The translations under genes were made by a program, and so were the position numbers. A stretch of 64,000 nucleotides of DNA from a virus. Lineage: Duplodnaviria; Heunggongvirae; Uroviricota; Caudoviricetes. The notes under the pieces were generated by a model. It saw only the letters and a list, made by a program, of their open reading frames with translations, had not been told where the DNA came from and ran no database searches. Of the stretch, positions 1 through 9,928 are shown piece after piece (the first letter of the stretch is position 1; each line of letters starts with the position of its first letter). The stretch spans positions 118,990 through 182,989 of IMG/VR virus record IMGVR_UViG_3300033146_003879; one strand, given 5' to 3'.

Positions 1-3
1 GAT

Positions 4-3000
4 ATGTTTGCCCACCTGCGGATATACGATTACCATAACGCGAGATCACTTGATATAGTGAACGCACCAAAGCGAATAAGTACACTATCTGCATTCAAGA
101 CATACTTACCTGTTGGCAAAGAGAACGGAGGACCTATTTTCCCTACTATGACGGAGATGCAGAGTAAGGTTATAGAGGGCCTTGTTATGGCATCTAGTGC
201 AAAGAAAGCAAGCTCATCAGAAACAAAGACACTGTTATCTACGCTCACCGACATATATAGCTCTATAAATTACACACTGGTACCCTTGCTCAATAAGCCA
301 GTACACGCTGACAAGAGACTTGAGAGAAATTCATCCGGTGGATATAAACACAAGGTAGTCTCCAAAGGGTATATCGCCCCTGAGGTTATGGCGCAGCCTA
401 TATATAATCACTACGCACCTCCTTTATCAAATATTTTCTTCGGACCAGACATAGTGTCCGCAACCACAAAGGTTAGTGGTGGTATAAATAGCAAGTATCT
501 GTTTGTAGTTCGCCCCATCCTCCCCGCTATAAACTCACAAGACCTTCCTCCAAAGGTTTACACCATGGATATTGCATCCGGCCAAGCTACCCTAATAGAG
601 GAAACTGACAGCAACCTATCAGGAGCAGGTGATGCTGCTGCTAGTATTGACGTGGAATCTCCTGAGGACGTCGCATTTGAGTTAAATAATATCATCCAAC
701 GAGATATGTCACACGTCGTATCCCGTAAGTTAAAGTCGCTAATAAATGAGCCTGAAGTTAAACAATCGGTGGTTGATCCCGATGAAGAGGGTGTTAACAA
801 GATGCTCAGCTCAACTAAAGACCTGGAACTATATCTCAATACTGATCTTGTAGGCAATAGTGAGGAGCCTGTTAGTCAGGCCATAATAACACTAACCCTC
901 AACACAAACGAAAAGCCCAAAACAGAGTACAAAGACGTTACAACTACAACAGAAACATTCGATAACCACGATATATATCGTAAGTTCAAACAATCATTCC
1001 GCAAGGCTAACCTCGATGTTAACTGGGTTACTCGCTCGTTTGCTCCGGCATCAGAGGCTCCTCTCATAAAGGATGCCTTACTCTCAACGCAGGATTATGA
1101 CCCAGATGCGGATAAAGACGCTCCAAGCAGTAGCCTCGTTGTTGAAACGGTACTTGCACTTAAAGAAGTTACTACGAGGACAATAACAACAGATGAAGAG
1201 GGAAAAAGTGTTCATGCAGTATCAGGAGGAGCTATTCACACAAAGATAGCAATAAACGTTACTGCGCCATCGAAAGATGTGCTCACATCAATACTCCATC
1301 CTGCTGACGGTCTATTTGACACAGTAGTTAAGCCTCATATCGCTGCCTCAATATCGTACGGGTCTCTTGTTACAGTATCAACAAACACGGTGATGCGTAT
1401 TATATCTAACATTGTTACCGGGTACCTGCGCATACTTATACTAAGCGCCGTTAATAAGGTGTTCGATACATACAGGCAGCAACTTCGTAAAGGAAAGTCT
1501 GATGCGGAACTTATAAAGAATATGACAGAGTTCACAATGCTGTTTAAAAATATGCTTGCAAGCAACTCAACTAAGTTCCACGTTAAGATGATCGCTAAGA
1601 AGGGATTCCCTGTATCTGCAAAAATAGTTAGCGTATCGATGGAAGCCAAAGGGAGTATGCAGCGCCGGATACGAACAAGTTTCACAGGGTACGTGCTTGG
1701 TCAGTCAGGTGCCCCATCCGTAATAATAAACAACGCTTGGAACATAATAGAGTATTACACAACAACTATGTCTGCAGCAGCAATTAACCACGTAAAGGAT
1801 AACTCGAAAGATATGTACGGGGAGATGAATACGTACGGTATGCTATCTATTACTAAATTTACCAGGAAAGTAGGTGGTACGGCTACTCCCGGGAATCTTT
1901 ACGAGTATGTTCCTGTGTCGCCGGAATTAGCAAAGATGCTAAAAAAGAAGGATATAGTCGCACCGGCAACAGTAAATACGTTTGATATCACAAGCGTGAA
2001 CAAGAAAACCATAATGGGAACATTGGCGAACCTTATATTTGACCCTAAGTTATTGTTCCCTGTTAAGAAAGCACCTTGGTCAAAACTAGGATCCTTTACA
2101 CTTAATGCTACATCAGCATACCCTGTATGGGGCGAGAGCCTTTCGGGAGATAACGCCGTGTCATCACCTACTGCTAGTTTCACTAGTAACGGTAACATAA
2201 CCTCCTTAATGGACTCTCTGGCAGGATGTCTACTTGGGTGTGCACGGATAAGTGCTTCCGAAAAACTACACCACGGAATTGGTTTAAACAGAAGAGCTAC
2301 ACTTATGTCAAAACCAGATAACAACAAAGCTATTGTGCAAACAGTGCTGCAGGCAGCCCTCGTAAAAGGTGTTTCTGTATTTAATGACGTGATAGGGTCT
2401 AGTGTAGGCAAGTACATACAATTCTTGCAAGGTACAATAATAGCTGCTACTCACGTTGAGGTGTATCGCCCTGATATAAAGTCACCGCCTCCTGTTACGC
2501 AGACAACAGCGACAAACTCAGGTAAATCTACTGCATATAAGCTCACAAAGCTGTATCCATGGTTCTTACAGGGAACCAGTTCTCTTGGGGACGCAATAAC
2601 ATTGCGCAACCCGGCCACCGACACATTCAAGCCGCGGCATTACCTCGGGCCAAGAAAAGATGACACTCTCCACGTAGGACTTGACCTTATACTTACGCAG
2701 GGCATTAAGGGGAAGCCTTTGGGTAAGCTTTATGACTCAAAAGAAGCATTAGAGATACAACAAAAGGTGTGGGCTGACCCTACTGTTAAGTCAAAGGGGT
2801 CTGACATTCCTGTAGCAGTAGCTCCGTATGAAGGATATGTGTGCTACTCGCTAAATAACGGGTATGGAATTACTTGCAGATATGTCCCAAAAGATCGAAG
2901 GGTGGAGAGCAATAGTATTCCAGTATTTCTTCTCGGTCATAATGACCCTACATCATTCTTGTATGCTGGCCCCGCAAATGACACTCGTCTTCAGGTGTAT

Positions 3001-4761
3001 ATGCAGGGAATATTCAAACAGAAGTTACCGGATGCAGCAATCAAGAAGCTAAAGAGAATATCTGATGCAGATATTACGGATTATACTATATATAACTCAG
3101 CGGTTAAAGGACACGCTAAAGAGAACTTTGTCAGAATAAAAGATGCATACAAGAAAGATACGTACGCCTATTTCTTCTATGTATACATAAATTATTTCCA
3201 CGACCTTTACACCGAATCGGCAAGGCTTACTATAAAGGCTGCAACTAACATCGTGAAAGGGGTGATCAACGATGACCTTGCGAAGATACAGATGCGGGTT
3301 GCGGAAGGTGATGTACTATGCGTGTATGGTCATTCAGGAAGCAGTAGGACAAACTACCACTATGATGATGGTCACGCCGCACACATCCACTTTCTCCCGT
3401 ACCGTATACATAAGGATGGGCCTGTATGCAGGAAAAGTGGGAGGTTAAGGAAAATAGTTGAGAGGAGTTCCTCCTCCTTGAGTTCAGCAGAAGCATCTAC
3501 ATTGCTCATAAGTGGTGTGAATGGAATGCTTAAGTCAGTACACCCCTACCTAAAGAAAGAGAAAGACCTAAGAAGACTAACGTACAATCCAGACCTATTC
3601 TTGTATAATATCGATGAGATATCGACGGTATACCAATTCAGTAGGTCATCAGATGTCGGTGCAGCTTCTGACGAGGACGTTCGGGGTGAACTCAATGCTA
3701 CCGCGGACCCAGGAACGATACAGCTGAAGCACTTATATGAGAAAAGTGACTGGCGTAGATATATAGATTTTGAAGCGATGAATATAATGTTGGAGGAACA
3801 GTACTCGATAGATCTACCTTCTGTTTCTATGAGGTATTGTGATGTAGATGTTGCGGCTAACCTTCCTGCTGCGTACATCACATACGATGACATATATCTT
3901 GCGGGGATAAGGTCAACCGCCGTATCCGTTCGAGGAAACGGGTCTCATGTGGGAACTACAGTAAGCTTTACTAGAGGTATGTCGGTTAGGGCTCTTTGGC
4001 TTGTTATTCGTGCTCGAATAGAGCAAGGGGTGAGGGCGGAGCTTAAGATATCAAAACAAAGTGGGATATTTTCACTAGCGTACCTGCATGCTATGGGGAA
4101 GAGCTCGTCTGATATAGCTAACGCTGTGTCAAAGGCGGTTACTGCGACTCTGGCTTCTCCTTATATCCAACCAGCACTATCGGGGATATCACTCACCGTT
4201 GCAAACCATAGTGTAATTAAGAAGGAGTATGAAGATACGTTTGGTAAATCGGAGTTTGTGTTTGACTGGACTGAATATGTAACATTCTTGGATTTGTCAG
4301 GCCCGCACTATCTAAAAGATATACCTGAGTTGCTTGTTAGCAGTGATAATGTAGAAGATGCTCTGACCTTAGCGGTTGACATCATATTGAATCCCGGAAA
4401 TAATGGGAGGGTTCTTGATAAACAGGACCCTTACTTCAGGATAGAGGCCAGAAGCATTATGGCAGGGGAGGAGGGTCTACTGCAGGGAGAATTGGATCAG
4501 CTCTTAACAACAAGAGCCTGGGCTAATGATAGATACCTAACGTTCGATAAGTTCATAAATGAGCTAAAGATGTATTCTGATAAGACGGTTGTGTTTTCTA
4601 AAGACCCTGGAAAAGTTCTTGATATAACTACACGAGGACACGCACGCACGACTCTAGTTCAGAGCGCATTTGAGCGAGTATCGCTGATAACAGATAGATC
4701 TATGACGTATTATGATTGGTCAACTTCGTTCGGTGATGAGGATAAAAGTAAAGAAGAGTAG
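4..4761 (+). CDS. giant virion/structural-like protein, 5' end cut by window edge (>=1585 aa)
   Basis: Single uninterrupted ORF of 1585 aa on +. Converges with the minus-strand block at a shared hairpin terminator. No catalytic motif recognised. Confidence 0.5.
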   Translation: MFAHLRIYDYHNARSLDIVNAPKRISTLSAFKTYLPVGKENGGPIFPTMTEMQSKVIEGLVMASSAKKASSSETKTLLSTLTDIYSSINYTLVPLLNKPVHADKRLERNSSGGYKHKVVSKGYIAPEVMAQPIYNHYAPPLSNIFFGPDIVSATTKVSGGINSKYLFVVRPILPAINSQDLPPKVYTMDIASGQATLIEETDSNLSGAGDAAASIDVESPEDVAFELNNIIQRDMSHVVSRKLKSLINEPEVKQSVVDPDEEGVNKMLSSTKDLELYLNTDLVGNSEEPVSQAIITLTLNTNEKPKTEYKDVTTTTETFDNHDIYRKFKQSFRKANLDVNWVTRSFAPASEAPLIKDALLSTQDYDPDADKDAPSSSLVVETVLALKEVTTRTITTDEEGKSVHAVSGGAIHTKIAINVTAPSKDVLTSILHPADGLFDTVVKPHIAASISYGSLVTVSTNTVMRIISNIVTGYLRILILSAVNKVFDTYRQQLRKGKSDAELIKNMTEFTMLFKNMLASNSTKFHVKMIAKKGFPVSAKIVSVSMEAKGSMQRRIRTSFTGYVLGQSGAPSVIINNAWNIIEYYTTTMSAAAINHVKDNSKDMYGEMNTYGMLSITKFTRKVGGTATPGNLYEYVPVSPELAKMLKKKDIVAPATVNTFDITSVNKKTIMGTLANLIFDPKLLFPVKKAPWSKLGSFTLNATSAYPVWGESLSGDNAVSSPTASFTSNGNITSLMDSLAGCLLGCARISASEKLHHGIGLNRRATLMSKPDNNKAIVQTVLQAALVKGVSVFNDVIGSSVGKYIQFLQGTIIAATHVEVYRPDIKSPPPVTQTTATNSGKSTAYKLTKLYPWFLQGTSSLGDAITLRNPATDTFKPRHYLGPRKDDTLHVGLDLILTQGIKGKPLGKLYDSKEALEIQQKVWADPTVKSKGSDIPVAVAPYEGYVCYSLNNGYGITCRYVPKDRRVESNSIPVFLLGHNDPTSFLYAGPANDTRLQVYMQGIFKQKLPDAAIKKLKRISDADITDYTIYNSAVKGHAKENFVRIKDAYKKDTYAYFFYVYINYFHDLYTESARLTIKAATNIVKGVINDDLAKIQMRVAEGDVLCVYGHSGSSRTNYHYDDGHAAHIHFLPYRIHKDGPVCRKSGRLRKIVERSSSSLSSAEASTLLISGVNGMLKSVHPYLKKEKDLRRLTYNPDLFLYNIDEISTVYQFSRSSDVGAASDEDVRGELNATADPGTIQLKHLYEKSDWRRYIDFEAMNIMLEEQYSIDLPSVSMRYCDVDVAANLPAAYITYDDIYLAGIRSTAVSVRGNGSHVGTTVSFTRGMSVRALWLVIRARIEQGVRAELKISKQSGIFSLAYLHAMGKSSSDIANAVSKAVTATLASPYIQPALSGISLTVANHSVIKKEYEDTFGKSEFVFDWTEYVTFLDLSGPHYLKDIPELLVSSDNVEDALTLAVDIILNPGNNGRVLDKQDPYFRIEARSIMAGEEGLLQGELDQLLTTRAWANDRYLTFDKFINELKMYSDKTVVFSKDPGKVLDITTRGHARTTLVQSAFERVSLITDRSMTYYDWSTSFGDEDKSKEE

Positions 4762-4778
4762 CCCGTCGAAACGGGCTA
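4759..4778. terminator. bidirectional hairpin terminator between convergent genes
   Basis: Perfect hairpin tagcccg-tcgaaa-cgggcta that overlaps the stop codon of the + gene and lies just 3' of the minus gene ending at 4785. Confidence 0.6.
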
Positions 4779-4784
4779 GCGAGA

Positions 4785-5144
4785 TTACTCTGGTTTTTCG
4801 TCGCCTTCGATGATCTTTGCAATAATGTCATCAAGAGAACCGGCAATCTTTGGATCAGCTTCTGAAACAACTTCAGCAGGCTGAACATCAGGATCTGTTG
4901 GTGAATCTTCAGCAATCTTGCTCTTCTTCAGATCTTCCTGAAGTGAGGCGATGATTGATTTGTCAACTGCAGAAATAGCATCTGTGCTTGTTTCTGGCAG
5001 TTCCGGATCGGAAGCGGCTGCGTCTACTTTTGCGACAACCGCGTCAACAACTTCTGCAAATTTAAGCAATACAGTGTTAATGTTTGCTTGTTTCTCCATA
5101 AGCTTTTGCACTCCGATTGCGAGGATCTGTGTCTCTGTAAGCAT
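4785..5144 (-). CDS. acidic helical protein, scaffolding-like; start uncertain (5144, 5156 or 5231)
   Basis: Asp/Glu/Ala-rich and predicted helical. An internal ATG at 5144 is preceded by GGAGAG. Position next to a Cys-cluster protein and the giant structural genes. Confidence 0.35.
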   Translation of the reverse strand: MLTETQILAIGVQKLMEKQANINTVLLKFAEVVDAVVAKVDAAASDPELPETSTDAISAVDKSIIASLQEDLKKSKIAEDSPTDPDVQPAEVVSEADPKIAGSLDDIIAKIIEGDEKPE

Positions 5145-5230
5145 TGTACTCTCCATTATGTACGTTAACGTCAAAACACAGTTATTATAGATACTGTAGT
5201 GTTGGTAAAAAGGAGGTTCTGTGTAACCCA

Positions 5231-5938
5231 CTATTGAGAGACGTATGTTACCATGGCATTTATGTCTCCGTTAACAACGACATAGGAGATATCGAAGTAC
5301 ACCATTCCTGCATTTATCATATGTACAGGAACACCTTCGACGAAGTCAAGAAGCTGATACTTTACGTGGTCGCAGTGTTCACTTGTAGTACGTGCTCTGT
5401 TCCCACAGATAGAGCAGACATCATATTCAACACCGCATCCCATAGATACGAGGATGCCTTTTTTCTGTTTGAGCTTCCGGTATATTGTCGGTGCCGCTTT
5501 CTTCTTTACGGAAAGAACCAACTCAACTCGATGTTGTTCTTCGTTGTAATTCGCATAATAGATGTCCCCAATACTCTTGCTCGGGTCGTCACTTTTGTGA
5601 AACATATAAACACTTCCCTTTTCCATGTAAGTAGGGGTAGCTGCTGGTAGTGTCTGTGTCTCTGACACAAATGGCTTAAACGGCTTCTCGAATACGGAAT
5701 CTCCATTATCGTTCTCACCAAACACTTCAAATGGAAATACCGCGAAGCAGAGCGCTGTGATGGCCCCTTCTCCTGCTGCCTTCTGTGCTTTCTCTACTTC
5801 TTTTATAAGGTATTCTGCGGTGGTCTTTGCTGCCTTTTTTATAAGGCCACATCCAATCTTGCCGTTACAAGTTACTGAGTCTATCACTGTTAGGTTGCTT
5901 GTTAGTGTCTTCTCTAGCATCAGTGCCTCCGTGAGCAT
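5231..5938 (-). CDS. hypothetical protein with cysteine cluster (CGVEYDVCSICG ... EHCDH); possible Zn-binding or prohead-protease-like, unproven
   Basis: 235-aa ORF. Cys/His cluster visible in the translation. Position is adjacent to the scaffolding-like gene. Confidence 0.4.
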   Translation of the reverse strand: MLTEALMLEKTLTSNLTVIDSVTCNGKIGCGLIKKAAKTTAEYLIKEVEKAQKAAGEGAITALCFAVFPFEVFGENDNGDSVFEKPFKPFVSETQTLPAATPTYMEKGSVYMFHKSDDPSKSIGDIYYANYNEEQHRVELVLSVKKKAAPTIYRKLKQKKGILVSMGCGVEYDVCSICGNRARTTSEHCDHVKYQLLDFVEGVPVHMINAGMVYFDISYVVVNGDINAMVTYVSQ

Positions 5939-6137
5939 GTTCCATCAAACATATGAATTATAGAGGAAAAAAAAGAACGCCTAATAGATAGGCGCTCTTG
6001 ATACTTGTTCTTACGTTAATCTGCGTTTCTGCCTTCGCAAAGAGCTGCGTGTAAGGCTTCCTTGCACACCGCATCAGATTCAGGGACTCACTTGGGCAAG
6101 GTGTACTCGCCGCAGTCCTGGAGTGTCCCTCTCTGTG

Positions 6138-7126
6138 TCCGGATATTATCCGGATACAACAAGTGAATTCTCGGTTCTAAAGTGCGCGCGCTGCAGGGAG
6201 CGCCGGCCTGATACGTAACCCGCATGCGCATTACGGGCAGTAATGGCTCTCTCGCAGCCTGGCGGGATCACGGGAGCAACGAAGGAGTGATCCCGCGGCT
6301 GTTCCCTAATGGTAAGTGCTGAAGCTGATATTATCAGCAGACAACCGATAAAAATTACAATCTGAAGTACATCTCCGGTTAAATGGATAGGCCCATACCA
6401 GGATAGTCACAGATCAGGATTCACGCGGTCTCGCGCGAAGCAAGAGTCCGTTTGAATCCTGACAGTGTTGCTGATATTATCAGCGAACATTGTAATCAAT
6501 TCATTAAACTCATCTAAAGAGATCTTACAGATCTCATCCGGTACCTGAAGACCCAGGTTAGTGAATTGTTCGGTTTCACGAAGGTTGAAGGGGGAAGCGG
6601 GATTGCTGCACGTTCAAGCGGATGACAAGCACTCCATCCTGCGGTCCCAACGGGACAAGCAGGCAGTGAGTGGTTGCAGCGTGCTTGAACTAAGCTGGCG
6701 CGACACCTTCCCTTCTGAAACAGCCACAATGAGCTAATTGGGTCTTGTATGAGTGCCGATATTATCAGCAAACATGAGTTCTTTCGTGTGCTTCTTCATC
6801 TAACACTTGGCGCCGCGGGTTACCATCCAGATAACCATCTGCTCCGCCGACTCGAGCTCTCCGAGGGATGCGTAGCAGAGTGAGTCGAGCTCTGGCGGGC
6901 GGCTCATTTTTCCGACATTATCGGAAGACATGAAGAAATAACTTTTGTACATTCGTCTAATGTAGAATCACCGCGCAATTGCAGCCCGGGAACTAGTGTG
7001 ATCGCTGCAAGCATCTCATGAACACCTTCTGTGTGCCGGTCAAGCGCGTAGGCAGGAAATGGATTATTTTCTGTCCCAGCGCGTGAGGCGCACTGCAGGT
7101 GTATGTGATTTCCGATGTTATCGGAA
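6138..7126. repeat. six dispersed 15-17 bp inverted repeats with an ATATTAT centre inside a 1.2-kb GC-rich non-coding island
   Basis: Copies at 6138-6154 tccggatattatccgga, 6324-6338 gctgatattatcagc, 6470-6484 gctgatattatcagc, 6755-6769 ccgatattatcagc, 6910-6926 ttccgacattatcggaa, 7110-7126 ttccgatgttatcggaa. Each copy is followed by an ACA(T)G(A) tract. No ORF longer than 85 aa is present, and those that exist lack an RBS. Confidence 0.7.
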
Positions 7127-7149
7127 TGCATGAATGTATATTTTGTCAA

Positions 7150-7165
7150 CTTCTTATACCATAAT
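7150..7165 (-). promoter_or_regulatory. copy 1 of recurrent promoter-like motif (plus strand cttataccataat; minus strand reads TGGTATAAG, an extended -10)
   Basis: Member of the 14-copy motif family. Oriented so that minus-strand transcription would enter the 5940-7150 non-coding island. Confidence 0.4.
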
Positions 7166-7177
7166 AATAATGGAGTT

Positions 7178-8332
7178 TTACTCGAAAGATAAGCCGTTCT
7201 TTATCGTATGGACAATCTCTTTTGTTGCGTTATTAGCTGTTCGGTAAGGGAGCTTGGTTATACGGGCTATGTCAGTTACTTTTACATTGCCTTCTTCGCC
7301 AGAATCAAGAATCTTGCGCATAGCAGCAAATACCTTTTTCTTAATAGGCTCTTTCTCAAACTCCTTCTCGAGGATATCCATATCAAGACCCATATAGCGT
7401 TCTTTCCAGGGGATATTTGTTGTGTTTATTGAGGAGTCATTAAATACTTTACGACGCTCCGCTATTGCCTTCTCTATGTCAGCTACCGGCAGACCAGTCG
7501 CTGCGGCAAGAAGGTTCTTATCGTATTCGCCTGTCCCGTACTCGTGTTCATATGCCTCAAATGCTTTGTCGAGATCAGACCACTGGCTAATACGGTGCTC
7601 CGGTGTATGGAGCATAGGGCCGTATTTATTAACATATCTGTGTAGTTTCTGCAGTTGGTTTGTTACGTGTGTTGCTAACTTCGCTTTGCTGGGGTCCCAT
7701 GTGTCGATTGCGTGTGATGCAAGACCTACTCCTTTTCCGTATAGAGACCCGTGACTAATTGACTTGCTGACGTTTATCTCACCGACACGTTTCATTATGA
7801 GGGGTTTAAGTGCCTGGAGGGCTTTGTCTTTTGAATCCATATTACCTGTCTCGAGATACTGTTTAGCCCAGTATCCTTCATTGTATTTCTGATCCCGTTC
7901 AGGAACAGGCTCCTTAACTACTTCCTTAACTACATCATCGATCGCATCAGGTATGCCGTCAGCAGCCTTTGCTTCTTTAATAAGCCCGGCTATACAGTAA
8001 GCCAATGAGGATGTTTTCATTATGTCTTGTCTGAGATCCTCGAGGAACTGATCGTCATCTTTATTCTCATCTAACCTTCTGAATCGAGACTTCGTTCGTG
8101 TTGGTATCGGCCCAGCGCTGTCCAGCGGTGATGGATCTATTCCCAACTTAGCTACGACACTCCTTAGAATATCGTTTTCTTGTAATAACCTTACTAGCTC
8201 TCCTTTATTCAGCGCATTAGTTGCTACATTCATACTCTCCGATCGGGCACCAGAGCTTGCTGTGATAGCAGCTCTCCTTCCGGTCTTCGCAACCGATTTC
8301 AGCACTGCTGATGGGTTTATTCCTACTACCAT
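7178..8332 (-). CDS. putative sigma-70-like / helix-turn-helix transcription factor (low confidence)
   Basis: C-terminal segment VTDIARITKLPYRTANNATKEIVHTIKNGL resembles a sigma region-4 HTH. Segment GLASHAIDTWDPSKAKLATHVTNQLQKL resembles region 2. Based on motif resemblance only. Confidence 0.3.
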   Translation of the reverse strand: MVVGINPSAVLKSVAKTGRRAAITASSGARSESMNVATNALNKGELVRLLQENDILRSVVAKLGIDPSPLDSAGPIPTRTKSRFRRLDENKDDDQFLEDLRQDIMKTSSLAYCIAGLIKEAKAADGIPDAIDDVVKEVVKEPVPERDQKYNEGYWAKQYLETGNMDSKDKALQALKPLIMKRVGEINVSKSISHGSLYGKGVGLASHAIDTWDPSKAKLATHVTNQLQKLHRYVNKYGPMLHTPEHRISQWSDLDKAFEAYEHEYGTGEYDKNLLAAATGLPVADIEKAIAERRKVFNDSSINTTNIPWKERYMGLDMDILEKEFEKEPIKKKVFAAMRKILDSGEEGNVKVTDIARITKLPYRTANNATKEIVHTIKNGLSFE

Positions 8333-8343
8333 TATGGCTCCTG

Positions 8344-9294
8344 TTAAGATCCCATGAGGGTATTATATGATGCCTTATAGTCATCGTATGCTTTAACGCG
8401 TTTGCGAGCTGAGTATATTCTAGGTATATCACTCGCCATATATCCGAGGCCAAGTCCTGCGACAGCTGCTCCGGGTGTCCAGAATCTTGTCTTTGCGTCG
8501 ACCGCGTCTTGCGCTTTCTTATCAATATAACGCTTTGCAAACGGGAGGGCAGCAAGCGTTGTTCCGGTAGCTCCGAGGCCGATAAGTTGGGCTAATCTGC
8601 CGGTTGACATCGCATGTTTTATCAGATCTAACTCATTCGATGAGTACTTCCTTCCATATCGAGAAGCATTGCGAACGTTGCTTCGCATTGCAGCCATACT
8701 TCCTGTTGCGGCATTACCTCGTGTTATATAGTTGCGGGCAGAATCATTCAGCTTGTAGCCAAGTGCCCCTGTTGCTACTGCTGCGAGCAGTGCTCTTGGA
8801 ATACGTGTCATTGCTGTATGTTTTGCCCTATCTGTCGCGTCCTTCTTATAATCATATATCTTCTTGCCACCATAAGCTACAGTACCTGCCCCGAGGGCAG
8901 CAGCCGCTAGTTGTCCTACACTCATAGATTGTTTAGGCATACTAGGGATTGCAGGAGCTGCTGGTGATTGCCCGTTAACATTCCACGGCTGGAATTGAGG
9001 CTGTGTGGTTTGTACACTTTGCTGCTGCCACAAATCAGTGTACCCTGGAGTTGTACCTACTTTACCTATGTTTGAATAGTCGTTTATTCCGGTGTTGTTT
9101 GCGTCGGTCTGCCCTTTAGGTGCCATACCCATGTTATTACTTTCTACAGCCAGTGGTGTGAGGTCTGCTTGCTGCTGGGAAGGTTGAGCTTCGCTCTTCA
9201 TGGTCAGTGATGCTTCCGGCGTGCTAAGATTCATGTTGTTGTCACTAGAACTCTTGTTAAGGTTCTTGACAGCATACTTGTATAGTGCTCCCAT
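8344..9294 (-). CDS. hypothetical Q/N/G/A-rich protein (virion or ejection protein?)
   Basis: 316-aa ORF in the structural block with low-complexity composition. Confidence 0.45.
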   Translation of the reverse strand: MGALYKYAVKNLNKSSSDNNMNLSTPEASLTMKSEAQPSQQQADLTPLAVESNNMGMAPKGQTDANNTGINDYSNIGKVGTTPGYTDLWQQQSVQTTQPQFQPWNVNGQSPAAPAIPSMPKQSMSVGQLAAAALGAGTVAYGGKKIYDYKKDATDRAKHTAMTRIPRALLAAVATGALGYKLNDSARNYITRGNAATGSMAAMRSNVRNASRYGRKYSSNELDLIKHAMSTGRLAQLIGLGATGTTLAALPFAKRYIDKKAQDAVDAKTRFWTPGAAVAGLGLGYMASDIPRIYSARKRVKAYDDYKASYNTLMGS

Positions 9295-9309
9295 TACGAA
9301 ACCTCTTTG

Positions 9310-9894
9310 TTATTTCTTCCCACGTCGGCGGTAGTTGTGCTCTGATTCTACAAGGGTGTTCACCATCTCTGGTCGCAATGACATGGATCCAGAATCAATG
9401 GCCGTCTGCAAGATAGGTAGTATTGCAGAAGGGGCTGCGCTTGTTGCTTGCGGAGCAAGTGCTAGGACTTCACCTACAAGGTCACGAGCACGTTTACTTC
9501 CGATTGCCTGGATCTCAGGTGATTTTGACAGAGATCGCACAATAGCGTCAGCTGTACTTAGTGGTTGATATTTTGCTGTAGTGAAATCGGAGAGTGTTGT
9601 CCCCAAGCCTTTTCCTGTTGCTTTTGCGGCTTCCTCAGGAGTATTAAATAACATATTGTACATCATCTCTTTTGCACGAGTGCTTCTATACAAGTTGCCG
9701 TAGTCACTCATGAGTCTTGATTGACCTGAAGTCTCCCATACAGGCGCTGCTTGTGTAATGTACTTCTGTTTTATAACATCACCGATGTCGTCAACGATAT
9801 CATCGAGAGCGAGAGCTCCTGCGAGAGCGCCTCCACCAAGGCCGAGTGTCAGTAACGCAGGTCCCATTTTCGCTTGTTTATCCATCATAATCAT
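9310..9894 (-). CDS. hypothetical protein
   Basis: 194-aa ORF, tightly packed within the minus-strand operon. Confidence 0.45.
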   Translation of the reverse strand: MIMMDKQAKMGPALLTLGLGGGALAGALALDDIVDDIGDVIKQKYITQAAPVWETSGQSRLMSDYGNLYRSTRAKEMMYNMLFNTPEEAAKATGKGLGTTLSDFTTAKYQPLSTADAIVRSLSKSPEIQAIGSKRARDLVGEVLALAPQATSAAPSAILPILQTAIDSGSMSLRPEMVNTLVESEHNYRRRGKK

Positions 9895-9928
9895 TACCTC
9901 AAAGTAAACTCAACTTCTGCCATTGTAA

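Noticed and set aside
6138-7126. Possible CRISPR array formed by the six ATATTAT-centred repeats
   Set aside because: The repeats are self-complementary palindromes of unequal sequence. Spacing is irregular (150-285 bp) rather than 28-37 bp repeats with 30-40 bp spacers. No cas genes are present.
7178-8332. Major capsid protein call for this 384-aa ORF based on its position in the structural block
   Set aside because: No HK97-fold hallmarks are recognisable. The C-terminal HTH-like and region-2-like segments point to a transcription factor instead. Call left at low confidence.
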